The notes beneath the pieces are model-generated. The model was not told the origin of the DNA, made no database searches, and saw only the letters and a list, made by a program, of their open reading frames with translations. 64,000 nucleotides of DNA from Acutalibacteraceae bacterium (GTDB lineage: Bacteria > Bacillota > Clostridia > Oscillospirales > Acutalibacteraceae): NCBI GenBank assembly GCA_045648445.1, contig JAZRNY010000043.1, positions 354 through 64,353 on the forward strand, read 5' to 3'. The position numbers and the translations under genes are program-made. Below, one piece after another: positions 19,917 to 28,801 of this stretch (positions are counted from its first letter, which is position 1; each line of letters starts with the position of its first letter).

Positions 19917-21185
19917 ATGTCTAATTTTGAGGATTTGCTTCTCTGTAATCAATTGTCTGTTGAACGATTTGTGAAATTCAGGATTCCAAATGTTTCGGAT
20001 GCTGAAGATATTCTGCAAGAGGTGTTTTTAACTGCATTTAAGAGCTTTGGGCAACTTAAAACAGAAGCATCTTTCAAAGCGTGGATATTAGGTATTGCAC
20101 GACATAAGTGTAATGATTATTTTAGGGAAAAATCCAAAGATTTAGAAATATCTATCGAAGAATTAAACGAATTCGGGCTTTCGCAAACACGATTTGGATA
20201 TGTTGAGAATAATACAGTCAGCGATGTATTGGAGGGACTTGGTGATAAAGATAAACAAATTCTTTATCTATCATATTGGAAAGAGTTGCCTCAAACTGAA
20301 ATTGCCGCAAGGTTGGGCATTCCTATCGGAACTGTCAAAAGTCGCTTATATACTGCTAAACAAAATTTCAAAAGGATATATCCAACAAACACTTATATTA
20401 GAAAGGTTGATGATGTTATGAATAAACTACCAGATAGATTACCTGATTATAAAATTACACCGTTATCTAAAACACCCTTTACTGTAAAATGTGAGGAACT
20501 TCAAGGTTTGAGTATTATACCAAAACTCGGAGAAAAAACAACTTGGGGATTGTATGATTTTGAAACTAAAAAATGTGATGAGTATTCTGAGGTTAGCGTA
20601 ATAGGCAAAGCGGAGGTTCACGGTATTGAAGGTGTTGAAATAACGAGCATTCAGCACGATATAAAAAAAAATCGAAAAAACGAAAGAGTATTTGTTGCTC
20701 AATTGACAGATACACACTGTCGATATTTATCGGAAACTCATCAAGAAAACGATGTTAAAAAAACCATTACATTTCTTGATGGTGAGGTTTTTATGAACAA
20801 CTGGGGTTTTGGTGAAGATAATTGCGGAAACGAAACTGAATTAAAATCTAAAGGCATCATAAACCGCATTGGAAATAACATTACCAAAACAGGCGATAAT
20901 GAAATAATAGACATTGTAGGGTGTTTCAAAGTTGAAATAGGTAAAAAGAGTTTTGATACAGTATGTGTAATGGATTTGGGACATTTTAACAATGCGATTG
21001 CAATAGAACAGTATATTGATGAAAACGGAAGAACAATTCTTTGGCGTAGATTCAACCGTGATGATTGGGCAATAAAACGTTATAAAAAGAAATGGAGTGA
21101 ACAACTCCCCAACAACGAACAACTTATTATTAACGGAGAAACTTATGTTCATTGGTATGATTGCATAACGGACTATATATTTTAA
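19917..21185 (+). CDS. ECF-type sigma-70 family factor (regions 2 and 4) fused to a ~270-aa C-terminal domain of unknown function
   Basis: Start moved to ATG 19917 (RBS GGAGGTG 5 nt upstream). Region 2: DAEDILQEVFLTAFKSF...WILGIARHKCNDYFR. Region 4: LPQTEIAARLGIPIGTVKSRLYTAKQ. The C-terminal part has no TM segment. Confidence 0.8.
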   Translation: MSNFEDLLLCNQLSVERFVKFRIPNVSDAEDILQEVFLTAFKSFGQLKTEASFKAWILGIARHKCNDYFREKSKDLEISIEELNEFGLSQTRFGYVENNTVSDVLEGLGDKDKQILYLSYWKELPQTEIAARLGIPIGTVKSRLYTAKQNFKRIYPTNTYIRKVDDVMNKLPDRLPDYKITPLSKTPFTVKCEELQGLSIIPKLGEKTTWGLYDFETKKCDEYSEVSVIGKAEVHGIEGVEITSIQHDIKKNRKNERVFVAQLTDTHCRYLSETHQENDVKKTITFLDGEVFMNNWGFGEDNCGNETELKSKGIINRIGNNITKTGDNEIIDIVGCFKVEIGKKSFDTVCVMDLGHFNNAIAIEQYIDENGRTILWRRFNRDDWAIKRYKKKWSEQLPNNEQLIINGETYVHWYDCITDYIF

Positions 21186-21327
21186 TTTCAAAAAATATAG
21201 TAACGTACAGGGCAAGGAGGAATAACCGTCATACTTTTGATGGCTTTGCAATTTAAAAACAAAGATTTTAACAGCATTTTCTTTAGTATGATTTTGGGTG
21301 TATTGGTATGATTTTTGTCATATCATC

Positions 21328-21367
21328 AAAAAAAGAGTTATCTCGTAATTTCGGGATAACTCTTTTT
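21328..21367 (+). terminator. intrinsic terminator after the sigma-fusion gene
   Basis: A-run, then agagttatc-(12 nt loop)-gataactct, then T5. Confidence 0.65.
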
Positions 21368-21378
21368 ACATATATAAC

Positions 21379-21407
21379 TTGAAAATGTCCATTAAAAATG
21401 TTATAAT
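21379..21407 (+). promoter_or_regulatory. sigma-A-type promoter (TTGAAA-17-TATAAT) with a ~135-nt leader
   Basis: Hexamers read directly, upstream of CDS 21547. Confidence 0.55.
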
Positions 21408-21546
21408 AAATTAAAGAAAAAGCTTGTTGTTATCTCTCCCTCAGTCTTTTGCTACGCAAAATCCAGCTCCCTCGTCAGAGGGAGCCACAGGCTAATTTGT
21501 CCCCCAATTTGACACAAGCATATAACGTATTCAAGAGGTGAATTAT

Positions 21547-21930
21547 ATGAAATTATTTAATTCTTTTAAGGAAAACAAACATCTTATTAACCAAACAGAA
21601 TTTGTAAATGTTTATTCTGTAAAGTGCGACGATAAAGAATATACAATTATTATCCCTCGGGAAAGAGCTAACAAGAAAACTATAATTCATTTTGTTGATA
21701 ATACTATTTTTTGGGAACAAATTCCTCGTTTTCCTAAACTTGCAGGCAAACAATATGGAGATAGAATACCGATTTACAAATTTGATGCAAAAGTTTTGAA
21801 TACTCTTTTTGTTCTCAAGGGAAATCCTCTTGGTGATGAGGGGTTGGATAATGGTATTTTTAGAAGTTTTAAAAAATATGATGAAAATTGTGTAAATTGT
21901 ATAACTTACAATAAATTTAAACAAATGTAA
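21547..21930 (+). CDS. hypothetical protein (127 aa), no recognisable family
   Basis: ATG at 21547 preceded by AGAGGTG. The ORF is open for 127 codons. No motifs recognised. Confidence 0.6.
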   Translation: MKLFNSFKENKHLINQTEFVNVYSVKCDDKEYTIIIPRERANKKTIIHFVDNTIFWEQIPRFPKLAGKQYGDRIPIYKFDAKVLNTLFVLKGNPLGDEGLDNGIFRSFKKYDENCVNCITYNKFKQM

Positions 21931-21986
21931 GAAAATTCTCGGTTTTCAGGAACTTTTTTTATTCGTGTCATTAAGTTCGAACTACC

Positions 21987-22020
21987 AAAAAACTCTCGCT
22001 CCGAAGAACGAGAGTTTTTT
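21987..22020. terminator. copy 2 of the 34-nt palindromic terminator module, inverted relative to copy 1
   Basis: A6-ctctcg-ctccgaagaa-cgagag-T6 is the exact reverse complement of 19561-19594. Confidence 0.85.
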
Positions 22021-22110
22021 ATATATTCATATAAGATTAAAGCAATAAAATTATTGCTCCATTATTTGTTATGTGTTATAATAATAAAAAATATAAAAGG
22101 AATGAGTTGT

Positions 22111-22662
22111 ATGAAAATTTTAATTGCTTCTGATATTCACGGTTCAATAAAATACTGTAAACAGTTATTTGAAGCCGTAAAAAGGGAAGAAGCAGACAAA
22201 ATTTTGCTTTTGGGCGATCTTTTATATCATGGTCCCAGAAATGATTTGCCCGAAGAATACGCGCCCAAAGAGGTGATTTCACTGCTTAATGAACACAAAA
22301 GCATGATTTTTGCCGTACGAGGCAATTGCGACACCGAAGTTGACCAAATGGTTTTGGATTTTCCGATTTTAGCAGATTATTGCATAATTCCGATTGGCAA
22401 AAAAATCATATACGCCACTCACGGACATCACTACAATACTCAAAACCCTCCAAAACTCAACAAAGGAGATATATTGCTTAACGGTCATACTCACGTTACA
22501 GCATTTGATAGCGGGGAAGAGTTTTACTATTTTAATCCGGGTTCCGTTTCTATCCCAAAAGAAAATACTCAACGCGGATACATATTATTCGAAAATAATA
22601 AATTTATTTGGAAAAATCTTAACGGAATTGCATACAAAGAAATTATATTAAATACCTATTGA
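22111..22662 (+). CDS. yfcE: YfcE-family metallophosphoesterase (phosphodiesterase)
   Basis: MKILIASDIHGS, LLLGDLLYHGPRN, RGNCD, THGH and GHTH motifs. Start at ATG 22111. Confidence 0.8.
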   Translation: MKILIASDIHGSIKYCKQLFEAVKREEADKILLLGDLLYHGPRNDLPEEYAPKEVISLLNEHKSMIFAVRGNCDTEVDQMVLDFPILADYCIIPIGKKIIYATHGHHYNTQNPPKLNKGDILLNGHTHVTAFDSGEEFYYFNPGSVSIPKENTQRGYILFENNKFIWKNLNGIAYKEIILNTY

Positions 22663-22719
22663 CTTTATTAGCGCTATTTGCTAAAATTTTAATGTAGAAT
22701 TTAAAGAAAGGTGATTTAT

Positions 22720-23031
22720 ATGTTTACTATCACAACCGAAGATGAAGCACTATTCCTTGAGTTTGCGGAAAATAATTATGTTTACAAAAGTGCGCAGTAT
22801 GCATTTACTTTTGATGAACGTTTTTTAGTTTATTATTATAAGCAATGTGAGAAATATGTTTATATTGCAATTGATACTAAAACTGGTTTGGGCTCTCAAT
22901 TTATTACTACCGATATTAAATATAAAAAGAGTGAATTCGAGACTTTGATTCCTAATATTTTAAATTCTCTTAAATATCTTGGCGAATTAAAATATCTTGT
23001 AAACCCGGTAGAAATCACAAAACAACAATAA
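22720..23031 (+). CDS. hypothetical protein (103 aa), no recognisable family
   Basis: ATG at 22720 with RBS AAAGGTGA. Followed by a terminator. Confidence 0.55.
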   Translation: MFTITTEDEALFLEFAENNYVYKSAQYAFTFDERFLVYYYKQCEKYVYIAIDTKTGLGSQFITTDIKYKKSEFETLIPNILNSLKYLGELKYLVNPVEITKQQ

Positions 23032-23036
23032 AATTT

Positions 23037-23070
23037 GCCTCCGTCATATTAGGGCGGAGGTTGTTTTATT
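23037..23070 (+). terminator. intrinsic terminator
   Basis: gcctccg-(11 nt)-cggaggt followed by tgttttatt. Confidence 0.6.
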
Positions 23071-23553
23071 ACATATCTAATTATACAAAATCAATGTTTT
23101 GTATAATTTAGGGAAGAGGAAATACATTATTAAGGCAATTATTATAATACACCGCTATTTCCGGACTCATTACAATTATTAATCCTTTTTGAATGCTTTA
23201 ATACATCATTTATTCTACTTGAACTTTAATTAGTTTTAGTTGAACGTATCTTTCTATTAAATTTAAATTTCTATTTAAGCAACTTTTAAGCGTTTTTTAG
23301 ACAACTGTACCTAATTATACTGTTTAATTAATTCAACAACCTTAATCAGTTTATTTTTATCGATACTTATATCATTTCAACAATTTCTATTTAAGTTGTG
23401 TTTTTGTTTCTATAATCAAAAACACTGAATTTTACAAAAACAGTCAATTGAACATTTAATATATACGATTTAATAGTTTTAAATTGATTTGTTGATTATT
23501 CTTAAAATTTGCCAATAAATTTACACCCTACCAACAATTTTTAAATATAACTA

Positions 23554-23582
23554 TTGACAGTCGCTGTAAAGTTTTGTATAAT
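23554..23582 (+). promoter_or_regulatory. consensus sigma-A promoter (TTGACA-17-TATAAT) for the Xer-like recombinase
   Basis: Perfect hexamers and spacing, 22 nt upstream of the TTG start. Confidence 0.7.
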
Positions 23583-23603
23583 TCGTTTAAGAGGTGACTT
23601 ATT

Positions 23604-24596
23604 TTGAAATACGAAGTTTTGTATAATTCGCCAACGGTTTTACGAGATTTTTTAACCTATAGCGAATCTATTCGTGGTAAATCTTCAAAATCTATAGATG
23701 AATATTATCATGATTTGACTACATTTTTCAAATATTTAAAAATAATCAGAGGTCTTACGAAAGAATCAGATTTTACTCAAATAACTATTGATGATATTGA
23801 CATTCCCCTGCTCAAATCCGTTACTTTACAGGATTTTCATGCTTTTTTGGTATATTGCAAGAACGAACGTTCGAACGGAACCGCCGCAAGAGCACGAAAA
23901 GCATCAACTTTGCGTATTTTTTTTAAATATTTGCACTCACATTTAGGGGCAATTCCGTCTAATCCTGCCACATTGCTAGAAACCCCTGCCCTAAAAAAGT
24001 CACTTCCCCGTTATCTTACTTTAGAAGAATCTATCGAACTTTTAAAATCCGTAGACGGTCCAAACAAAGAACGCGATTATTGTATTTTAACCTTTTTCCT
24101 TAACTGTGGTATGCGTCTATCAGAACTGTGCGGTATAAATCTTACCGATATAGGTGGAGACGGTGCTTTAAGACTACTTGGTAAAGGTAACAAAGAACGA
24201 ATCGTGTATCTTAACAAAGCGTGTATTGACGCGCTAAACGCTTACTTAGTGGTTCGTCCGCGCGAAGGTATACCGCCAAGTCAAGCAAATGCTTTATTTA
24301 TAAGCAGAAACAAAAAAAGATTGAGCAATAAAACGGTACAACATCTTGTTAACGTTTATCTTGAAAAAGCCGGTCTTGAAGGACGTGGTTTTTCAACACA
24401 TAAACTAAGACATACCGCAGCAACGCTTATGTATCAAGAAGGCGGAGTTGACGTTAGAGTACTCAAAGATATACTTGGCCACGCTAACCTTGGCACTACG
24501 CAAATTTACACACACGTTGCAAGTAAACAAATTGAAAACGCTATTAATTCAAATCCATTAGCCAATATATCACAAGAAGAAAAACCCACTGAATAG
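23604..24596 (+). CDS. tyrosine site-specific recombinase, XerC/XerD-like
   Basis: 330 aa. C-terminal catalytic pattern ARLSELCGINL...HKLRHTAATLMY...LGHANLGTTQIYTH (R..HxxR..Y). Confidence 0.85.
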   Translation: MKYEVLYNSPTVLRDFLTYSESIRGKSSKSIDEYYHDLTTFFKYLKIIRGLTKESDFTQITIDDIDIPLLKSVTLQDFHAFLVYCKNERSNGTAARARKASTLRIFFKYLHSHLGAIPSNPATLLETPALKKSLPRYLTLEESIELLKSVDGPNKERDYCILTFFLNCGMRLSELCGINLTDIGGDGALRLLGKGNKERIVYLNKACIDALNAYLVVRPREGIPPSQANALFISRNKKRLSNKTVQHLVNVYLEKAGLEGRGFSTHKLRHTAATLMYQEGGVDVRVLKDILGHANLGTTQIYTHVASKQIENAINSNPLANISQEEKPTE

Positions 24597-24607
24597 TGGG
24601 TTTTTCT

Positions 24608-26083
24608 TTATAATATAATACATATCAATCCGCTGCAACCTTCATTAATAACCCTTTCAAGAGTCTCTTGCAGACGCTGTCTGGCATCAATAGGCATTCT
24701 CGAAAGTTTTGTATGTAATCCTTCATTTACTAAATCATTTAAAGACTTACCGAAAATATTAGAATCCCAAATTTTAATTGGATCTTCCTCGAATTCGCTA
24801 AGCAAACACATCACTAAATCTTCACTTTGTTTTTCGGTGCCTACAATAGGACTGATTTCTGTGGTAATTTCCGCTTTCATCATATGGATTGATGGCGCCG
24901 ATGCGCGAAGTCTTACCCCATATCTGCCACCTTGTTTCATAATTTCAGGTTCTTCAAGTCTTAATTCTTCTCGATCAGGCATTACTATACCATAACCGGT
25001 TGCCTCTACCTCATCTAAAGCGTTTTTAATTTTTCGATACTCTTTTTGTATTTTAGAAAGTTCTATAACACTGTCCATTAACTGACAGTCATCTTCAATT
25101 GGAAGACCTGATATTTCTTTAATAATCTTATAAAACATTTCCCTATCTACTTTTAATTCAATTAAAAGTTTTCCTGTGCCAAAATCAATATTTAAAACTT
25201 GCGTGCTTTCAACATATGCGCTTGTTTCAGCAAGTTTTCTTAAATCATTTACATCTTTTATAAGTAAAAGATTTTCGCAAAACGTTTTAATAGAATTTGT
25301 AATATCAGCCCTTAACCAATGGTCCACCTGTAATGAGTTGATCCAACATGGATATTTAATTGCGACCTCTTTAATCGGAAATTCATAAAGTATTTCCGAA
25401 ATTATTGCTTCTACTTCGCTTTCACTTAGTTCTAAACAGTTAGTAGCAATAACCGGAACTCCGTATTTTTCTTTCAATTTATTAGAAAGATTTACACTAT
25501 CTTCAGAATTTGGATACATACAATTCAATACAACAGCAAAAGGTTTTTTAATTTCTTTTAGTTCAGATATAACTCTTTCTTCTGCTTCTTCATATTCTTC
25601 TCGCGGAATATCACTAATACTGCCATCGGTTGTAACAACAAGACCTATTGTTGAATGTTCGGTAATAACTTTTCTGGTACCGATTTCAGCAGCCATATTA
25701 AACGGTATGGGTTCCTCGTACCAAGGTGTCATAACCATTCTTGGTTGATCGTTCTCAAAATATCCTAAAGAACTGGGTACTATGTATCCTACACAATCAA
25801 TTAAACGCACATTAAATCCAGAATTATCATTTAACGAAATTTTAACTGCATTTTCGGGTATAAATTTTGGTTCTGTGGTCATTATAGTTCTTCCCGAAGA
25901 AGATTGCGGCAATTCATCGTTAGCACGTTCACGGGAAAATTCTTCAGTAATATTAGGTATTACAAGACTATTCATAAATTGTTTTATAAAAGTTGACTTA
26001 CCTGTTCTTACAGGACCAACAATTCCAATGTAAATATCACCGCCAGTGCGGGTCGCTATATCTTTGTAAATATTATGATTCAT
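24608..26083 (-). CDS. spoIVA: stage IV sporulation protein A
   Basis: 491 aa. Starts MNHNIYKDIATRTGGDIYIGIVGPVRTGKSTFIK, the characteristic SpoIVA N-terminal ATPase. Confidence 0.95.
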   Translation of the reverse strand: MNHNIYKDIATRTGGDIYIGIVGPVRTGKSTFIKQFMNSLVIPNITEEFSRERANDELPQSSSGRTIMTTEPKFIPENAVKISLNDNSGFNVRLIDCVGYIVPSSLGYFENDQPRMVMTPWYEEPIPFNMAAEIGTRKVITEHSTIGLVVTTDGSISDIPREEYEEAEERVISELKEIKKPFAVVLNCMYPNSEDSVNLSNKLKEKYGVPVIATNCLELSESEVEAIISEILYEFPIKEVAIKYPCWINSLQVDHWLRADITNSIKTFCENLLLIKDVNDLRKLAETSAYVESTQVLNIDFGTGKLLIELKVDREMFYKIIKEISGLPIEDDCQLMDSVIELSKIQKEYRKIKNALDEVEATGYGIVMPDREELRLEEPEIMKQGGRYGVRLRASAPSIHMMKAEITTEISPIVGTEKQSEDLVMCLLSEFEEDPIKIWDSNIFGKSLNDLVNEGLHTKLSRMPIDARQRLQETLERVINEGCSGLICIIL

Positions 26084-26182
26084 ACTCTTTTCCTCCGCTC
26101 AAAATGCTCTTTGTACAAGAATATGAATCATCCTTTTAATTTATGCAATAAAAAATACCGCTTTGAGCGGTATTTAAAAATT

Positions 26183-27076
26183 TCATCCTCGTTTGGCCAT
26201 AGGGTGATATTTTTTATAAGCAAGCGCATATTTGTTTTTTACAATTTGCGCATATACGTTAGTAGTAGAAATATCACTATGACCAAGCATTTTTTGTATA
26301 TCGTTAAGTTGTGCACCGTTCTCTAAAAGATGAGCGGCAAATGAATGTCTAAATGTGTGAGGTGTAATATCTTTTGAAATATCTGCTTGAACAGCATAAC
26401 CCTTAACAAGTTTCCAAAGTCCTTGACGCGATAAAGGGAATCCTGACATATTAGTAAACAGCCTATCTTCATTAACGTCGAACACAACACAAGGTCTAAC
26501 ATTATTTATGTAATGCGTTAATACGGAAATTGCTTCAGGATAAATAGGAATAATACGCTCATGCTTATCATCGTGTAAATGTAAAATTCCAATAGTTAAA
26601 TTTAAATCACTTATCCTTAAATCAACAAGTTCCGTTACTTTAATGCCGGTTGCATACATAAGTTCAAGAATAGCCTTATCTCTGCAAGATTTATAGTCAC
26701 TTCCACTTGGTTGAGAAAGCAATTTTAAAACTTCTTTATCGGTAAGTATTTCAGGCATTTTTTTCTGAGCAACAATTGATTTAACTGTAGTCATTGGGTT
26801 TTGCCTTATAATGCCCGAACGAAGCAAAAAACCAAAATAACATCTCAGTGTTGCCATAACACGCATTTCGGTTGATTTAGACTTACCCAAAATAGATAAA
26901 TGCTGAATATAAGAAGATATATGATCGCCACTCACTTTAGAAACATCTTTAATTTTATTGTCATTACAATATGAAGAAAATTGTGTAAAATCACGCATAT
27001 AAGACTGAAAAGTGTTTTCAGAGCATTTTTTAGTTTGTTTTAAAAATAATTTAAAATCAACACAATAATCTTTCAT
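26183..27076 (-). CDS. xerD: site-specific tyrosine recombinase XerD
   Basis: 297 aa. SENTFQSYMRDF N-terminal domain, and HTFRHSFAAHLLENGAQLNDIQKMLGHSDISTTNVYAQ. Confidence 0.85.
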   Translation of the reverse strand: MKDYCVDFKLFLKQTKKCSENTFQSYMRDFTQFSSYCNDNKIKDVSKVSGDHISSYIQHLSILGKSKSTEMRVMATLRCYFGFLLRSGIIRQNPMTTVKSIVAQKKMPEILTDKEVLKLLSQPSGSDYKSCRDKAILELMYATGIKVTELVDLRISDLNLTIGILHLHDDKHERIIPIYPEAISVLTHYINNVRPCVVFDVNEDRLFTNMSGFPLSRQGLWKLVKGYAVQADISKDITPHTFRHSFAAHLLENGAQLNDIQKMLGHSDISTTNVYAQIVKNKYALAYKKYHPMAKRG

Positions 27077-27089
27077 AATATTTCACCAA

Positions 27090-27707
27090 TTAAATAAAAT
27101 TTCTAAATGCTGTAGACATAAACGCTTCAAGCAATGCTGAAAAAATCGTAACAAAAATATAAATCACAAAACTCAGCAAATAACGTTTTATATCAACATT
27201 AGTAAGTGCCTGACCATCACCTATTGATAATTTACCTAAAAAATACGATAATTTGATACTGTTAGCAGAAGCGCTAAATAAACACAAAACGCAAATAATA
27301 GAAGACGGTAAAAGAATTATAACGTTTACTACCAATGCATTTAATGTGCCATATGAATATAAATCGCAAAGGGCAAAACCATAAAGCGCACCACGCAGCA
27401 TAATAATCATCGGCACAAAAGCACAACCGGTTAATGAAGTGCCAAACAATTCTATACTAAATAAAAAAATAAAAGAAAATAAAAAGGATATTGAAAACAC
27501 CCTTAAAAACGAACTGTCAAGTTTTAAAGAAATGAGCAAATTAGATATATGTTTTGAAAAATTTAATAAATTACCTGTTCTATTAATTAAACATGCACAT
27601 AAAAAACCAAAGGCAAAAATTAGCGCAAAAAACACAACGATTGCGTTATTGCGAATTTCGGTAATGAATTTAGATCCACCTAAATGTATAACTTTTGTGT
27701 TTTTCAT
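27090..27707 (-). CDS. spoIIM: putative stage II sporulation protein M
   Basis: 205 aa multi-pass membrane protein. Start at ATG 27707 (GGAGGA RBS). Synteny next to xerD, as in other spore formers. The family call is tentative. Confidence 0.5.
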   Translation of the reverse strand: MKNTKVIHLGGSKFITEIRNNAIVVFFALIFAFGFLCACLINRTGNLLNFSKHISNLLISLKLDSSFLRVFSISFLFSFIFLFSIELFGTSLTGCAFVPMIIMLRGALYGFALCDLYSYGTLNALVVNVIILLPSSIICVLCLFSASANSIKLSYFLGKLSIGDGQALTNVDIKRYLLSFVIYIFVTIFSALLEAFMSTAFRNFI

Positions 27708-28039
27708 AATAAATCCTCCATTCTTTAAAACATAATATGCTAGCAAAGGACAAGATATTACAAAAAACAAAATATATATTATGTAACCTTAAGTGGATAG
27801 TTTACATATAAATAATTACAAGTAGCCGACAGCAATAGTGATTATACAACAGTTTTTATTTTATGTCAACCACATATTTTGCACATCAAAATATTATGTT
27901 CACTTATTATGTAAACCTAACAAAATGTGCTACTATAGTTTTATGTTAACCACTACTTGTAGTGTGACTATAAAAAACTCTTTAAAAATTTATGAAATAT
28001 GTTATAATAAATTTATAAATAATTTATGGAAGTGTTTAT

Positions 28040-28774
28040 ATGAGTAAAACAGTTTTAATTACAGGAGCTTCGGGAGGTATTGGGTCAGCCACTGCCATTC
28101 TATTCGCTGAAAAAGGATGGAACGTTGTTATGAACTATTATCGTTCTGCAGAGTCCGCTAAATTATTAGCCTCTTCCCTTGCCTCACGAGGATATTCAGT
28201 ATTACCTATATACGCAGACGTCTCAGATCGTTCTCAGGTAGATAGAATGATTTATGAGGCGGAAAGAAGATATGGTAAAATTGACGCATTAGTCAACAAC
28301 GCCGGCATTTCACAGCAAAAACTGTTTACTGATATAACCGATTCAGATTTTGAAAAAATGATTAATATCAACTTAAAAGGACCTTTTATTTGCAGTCAAT
28401 GTGTACTTCCGGGGATGATCCACCAAAAGAGTGGTAAAATCGTAAACGTATCTTCTGTATGGGGTGTTACAGGTGGTTCGTGTGAAGTTCACTACTCGGC
28501 AAGTAAAGCAGGGTTAATTGGGCTTACTAAAGCATTGGCTAAAGAAGTGGCTCCAAGCGGAATACAAGTAAATTGCATCGCTCCAGGCATTATCGAAACT
28601 CCTATGAACAACCATTTAACACCGGACGAACTCAGCGACTTTGTTGATGAGATACCGCTCGGCAGAATGGGTGAAGCAAGTGAAGTTGCCGAACTTATAT
28701 ATTTTTTATGCAGTGAAAGTTCTGACTACATAACCGGACAGGTTATTTCTCAAGATGGCGGAATTGCAATATAA
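28040..28774 (+). CDS. SDR-family oxidoreductase (FabG/YmfI-like 3-oxoacyl reductase)
   Basis: 244 aa. TGASGGIGSA, NNAG, and the YSASKAG catalytic motif. Confidence 0.8.
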   Translation: MSKTVLITGASGGIGSATAILFAEKGWNVVMNYYRSAESAKLLASSLASRGYSVLPIYADVSDRSQVDRMIYEAERRYGKIDALVNNAGISQQKLFTDITDSDFEKMININLKGPFICSQCVLPGMIHQKSGKIVNVSSVWGVTGGSCEVHYSASKAGLIGLTKALAKEVAPSGIQVNCIAPGIIETPMNNHLTPDELSDFVDEIPLGRMGEASEVAELIYFLCSESSDYITGQVISQDGGIAI

Positions 28775-28801
28775 AAAATAGGATAGTCAAACTATCCTAT
28801 T

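Noticed and set aside
21240-21311. 23-codon ORF (MALQFKNKDFNSIFFSMILGVLV) after the sigma-fusion gene, considered as a small hydrophobic peptide or type I toxin
   Set aside because: The only Shine-Dalgarno-like sequence (AAGGAGG) is ~19 nt upstream of the ATG, which is too far. No other support exists. It is kept only as a note.
23604-27076. Two tyrosine recombinases flanking spoIVA read as a mobile or skin-like excisable element
   Set aside because: spoIVA is intact and uninterrupted. The 26183-27076 gene has a typical XerD sequence and sits in conserved synteny with spoIIM. No flanking repeats were seen. Only the 23604 recombinase remains a weak island candidate (see findings).
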